Assembly: GCF_006345805.1 (NCBI RefSeq)
Contig: NW_021836815.1
Location: 1 to 37,321, forward strand
Length of the DNA: 37,321 bases
DNA from: Octopus sinensis
Lineage: Eukaryota
Direction of reading: 5' to 3'
How positions within the stretch are numbered: position 1 is the first letter of the stretch; each line of letters starts with the position of its first letter. The translations under genes and the position numbers were made by a program. The notes under the pieces were generated by a model. It ran no database searches. It was not told the DNA's origin and was given only the letters and a program-made list of their open reading frames with translations. Shown here in pieces: positions 33,584 through 37,321 of this stretch.

Positions 33584-34185
33584 TAAATAAGGTACAAAAT
33601 AAGTTACATAATGATCACAGTTCCCTTACACACGCAAACAAATACACACATATACTCACAGAGTTGAAACGCTGTTTCCTTTACAGCGTTGAATGTTCAC
33701 CATCCCACTTCCAATTTGATATCACCCCTTCCTTCTTTATTCATCTATCACCCCCTTCCTTTCTCAATCATGTGTGGTGGGTGACGGAGAAATACACGAG
33801 TATTATTATAGTAGATTTTTTTTTCTAAAAAAATCCACGCACAACTCATTTGTGTCAGGAGAGTGGAATGAACCAACGTCAAATCAAGGAAATATCCAGT
33901 GAAATCAAGGCAATATACACAAAGGTCATGGAAGGTACTACACCTCCTATTTGCAATTAGCCTTTAACAAGAATACCTCTATTATTTCTCAACATTGAAT
34001 ACAGACAGATACTTCAGCTACACAAGTATTTCATCAGATCTAAATGATTCAAAGTATAAACTTAAGTTAAGGAACAATATACATTGAAAAGCAATTTAAA
34101 CTCTATTAGATGTATCCAACATTTGTTTTATGTCAGCGTTAAATTTCCATAGAATTTTAGCATCTTAAACAATACACACACATTT

Positions 34186-34210
34186 GTATGTATGTATGTA
34201 TGTATGTATG

Positions 34211-34244
<34 letters not shown>

Positions 34245-34264
34245 TGTATGTATGTATGTATTTG

Positions 34265-34346
<82 letters not shown>

Positions 34347-34434
34347 TGTATGTATGTATGTATGTATGTATGTATGTATGTATGTATGTATGTATGTATG
34401 TATGTATGTATGTATGTATGTATGTATGTATGTA

Positions 34435-34507
<73 letters not shown>

Positions 34508-34512
34508 ATATG
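34186..34512. repeat. (TATG)n-(TATC)n-(TATG)n-(TG)n compound microsatellite
   Basis: Direct reading. Confidence 0.98.
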
Positions 34513-35098
34513 TACTAACGTCTCTTGAGAATGAAGAGTCATTATGAAAATTTACTTGAAACAAAATGCAAAAGAGAATTTATCTTTTGAAAGCTTGAAA
34601 CGATTTCACATTGATGTTTGTTACAGGGATGAATATCTTTATAACTAGCGACAAAAAGAAGCAGCCTCCTTCTTTAATGAAAAAGACGATTGTAATAATG
34701 TTACTTTAATATTTATATATAATACAATTCTTAAGTCGTTAAATAGCTTCTTCAGCTTCAGAGAAAAAAGGTTTTTGCTGTAACAATAGATATTCCGAAT
34801 TAATAATATTTATATACTGCAAAGAAAAACAAAATTTATTGATGTATGTTACGTATTGTGTTATAAATATCTGATGAATAATTTAAACATACTTAATTCA
34901 ATAGGAAAAGAGCACACATACACACTTACACACACACAAACAACACATTCTCACAGACACACACCTCTGCATACACATGTAAACGCGTGTGATTTGTGTG
35001 TGCAGATAGATTGATACATACATACATACATACATACATACATACATACATACATACATACATACATACATACCTAGATAGAAAAAGATAGATAGATG

Positions 35099-35130
<32 letters not shown>

Positions 35131-35204
35131 TAATGATAATTAGATAGACATAGATACAGACAGTAGACAGATAGATTGATTGTTTGATTGATTGAGTGAT
35201 TGAC

Positions 35205-35240
<36 letters not shown>

Positions 35241-35366
35241 CATGTATGTGTGTATCCGTGTGTGTACACAAAGACACAAACCTTTCAGGGATCTATAGGG
35301 AGTCCTTTGTTCTAAGATGTTTAATCGCATAGCTTTAAGTCGAAACCCTGGCCCGAATGAATCACG

Positions 35367-35402
<36 letters not shown>

Positions 35403-35582
35403 ACATGCTATCATTTACTCGAACATATATGTACGTCTCACACATGTATATCAATGAATGTATGCATGTATTTACGATTGCGTAAATACATGTGCGTTCG
35501 CATATATTAAAACCTGTTTACAAAGATTAAGCTCTTATATGCGCATGTTAAATTTCCCATCACTTATATCATTATTATTATT

Positions 35583-36315
35583 AAGGTGACGAGCTGGTAG
35601 AATCGTTAGCACGCTGGGCGAAATGCATAGCGGCATTTCGACGTTCTGAGTTCAAATTACACCGGGGCCGACTCTGTTTTACATCCTTGTTGGGTCGATA
35701 CAATAAGTATGAGTTGAATACCGCAATGACCTTAAACCTTCTTCCGAAATTACTGTCATTGTGCCATTATGCCATTGCTGTCATTGTGCCATTGCTGTCA
35801 TTGTGCCATTGATGCCATTGTGTCATTGTGCATTTGAGATCGATACTATTGTTATTAAGGCGGCGAGCTGGTAGAAACGTTACCACACCAGATAAATGGC
35901 TGGTAGAATTTCGTCCGTTCAAATGCCGCGCGGTGAGCTTTGCTTTTCATCTTATCGGGGTTGGTAATATAAGTACCAGTTACGTAGTAGGGTTGATGTA
36001 ATCGACTAACCTCTCCACAAAATTTCAGGCCTTGTGCCTACAATAGAAAGGTTTATTATTGTTGTTGTTGTTGTGAAGGTGGCGAATTAGCAGAATCGTT
36101 AGCACGCCAGGCAAAATGCTTATCGGCATTTCGTCCTTCTTTACGTCCTGAGTTCAAATTCCGACGAAGTCAACTTTACCTTTCGTCCTTTCGGGGTCGA
36201 TAAAATAAGTATTAGTTGTGTACTGGGGTCAATGTAATGGACTTACCCTCCTCCTAAACCACGGGCCTTAGTGCCTATGGTACAAAGGATTATCATTATC
36301 ATTATTATTATATTA

Positions 36316-36367
<52 letters not shown>

Positions 36368-36555
36368 TTATCGTTGTTGTTGTTAAGGGCAGCGAGCTGG
36401 CAGAATCGTTAGCACACCGGGCAAATTCCTCCGATGTCGACTTTACCTTTCATCCTTTTTGGGGTCGATAAAAGAAGTACCAGTACCGGAGTCAAATGTA
36501 ATCAACTATCTCCTTCCACCAAACCTCAGGCCTTGTGTACCTGTAGTAGAAAGGA
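35583..36555 (+). mobile_element. Cluster of four co-oriented SINE family A monomers
   Basis: Heads at 35583, 35857, 36076 and 36385, separated by (ATT)n/(GTT)n tracts and a cattgtgc minisatellite (about 35755-35835). Confidence 0.88.
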
Positions 36556-36659
36556 TTATTATTGTTATTGTACGTTGTTATTATTGTTATTGTTGTGGTT
36601 GTTGTTGTTATACAAATCAAGGCAAAGTATTACGTAAAACATTCATGCGCACATCACTA

Positions 36660-36845
36660 CACACATCCATGAACATATATACATACACACGTTCCACACA
36701 CAACACACCACCCACACACCACACACCACACACCCAACACACACACACACACACCACACACACACACCACACACACACACAACACACACACACACACACA
36801 TACACACACACACACACACACACATATACACGCACACACACACCA
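36660..36845. repeat. Degenerate (CA)n microsatellite
   Basis: Direct reading. Confidence 0.95.
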
Positions 36846-37321
36846 CAGTGTCTGACTCATCTGGTTGCCTTAACATCAGATTATGCATTCACTAGTATTT
36901 TAATCATTTGTTAATCTCCCTGATTTTCTTTCTCCATCTCTTTCCCTCTTATCCTACATCCCAACAACCCTTCCTTTGTTCCATCCATTCTTCTTCCAGC
37001 TTTCCTCCACCCAGCCCCATCGGTCTTTCACTTCCTTCTTTCTTCTTTTTCCTCTTTCGTTCAAATTTGTTCTCTCTTCCGCCAGACACAAAGAAATACA
37101 CACACAAACATACGCATACATACGCGTATTTACAAACAGACACACAAACTCTAGATTAATTCAACATCAAACGTATCAACGTGACTTGCCTGGGCTGGGA
37201 CATAGTTATTCCTATGATTATTACGCGAGCATTCTGGGAAATAGACGAATGACGTCATCTCCAGACATTTATCTTATGAGTATAGAGGCAGACGATACAG
37301 GCAGACGATACCAGAAAACGT

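Noticed and set aside
999-36555. Regularly repeated units or tRNA-like heads as CRISPR arrays or tRNA genes
   Set aside because: Eukaryotic context with no repeat-spacer architecture. The heads have A/B boxes but run into SINE bodies and do not form complete cloverleaves.
794-36637. Recurring ORFs such as MRNWYL..RPRKDERQSRPRRNLNSER and FARLKAVLQHG
   Set aside because: Incidental frames of SINE A and B on either strand; the frames are not conserved between copies.
4572-36914. Dozens of long ORFs ([16 protein letters not shown] repeats) in the ORF track
   Set aside because: They are translations of microsatellites.
37155-37321. 55-codon open frame running off the window end, with a TGACGTCA site and a 13-bp direct repeat
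   Set aside because: The length is within chance expectation, there is no polypyrimidine acceptor and no recognisable motif; downstream sequence is needed.

Overview
AT-rich eukaryotic, essentially non-coding DNA (intergenic or a very large intron). It is dominated by microsatellites, three tRNA-derived SINE families, local tandem repeats and transposon remnants. The repeat repertoire looks like an Octopus genome; this rests on recalled family resemblance, not a database search. No host protein-coding gene can be supported: almost all ORFs in the track are translations of microsatellites or SINEs. Recognisable elements: an internally deleted mariner with TIRs (22797-24072) interrupted by a TSD-flanked SINE dimer, a complete non-autonomous Helitron (33089-33583), two RTE-like LINE remnants, and two inverted-repeat elements near 30-31 kb. 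Main hunt results: (1) four, possibly five, mutually unrelated minimal type I hammerhead-ribozyme folds, including one near-canonical (18894-18974), one with a U4C core (5213-5265) and one with a compensatory A3-U8 core pair (11694-11725); (2) a modular SINE whose head-less body+tail unit recurs as concatemers with the same junction at five loci, in two cases inside a single target-site duplication.
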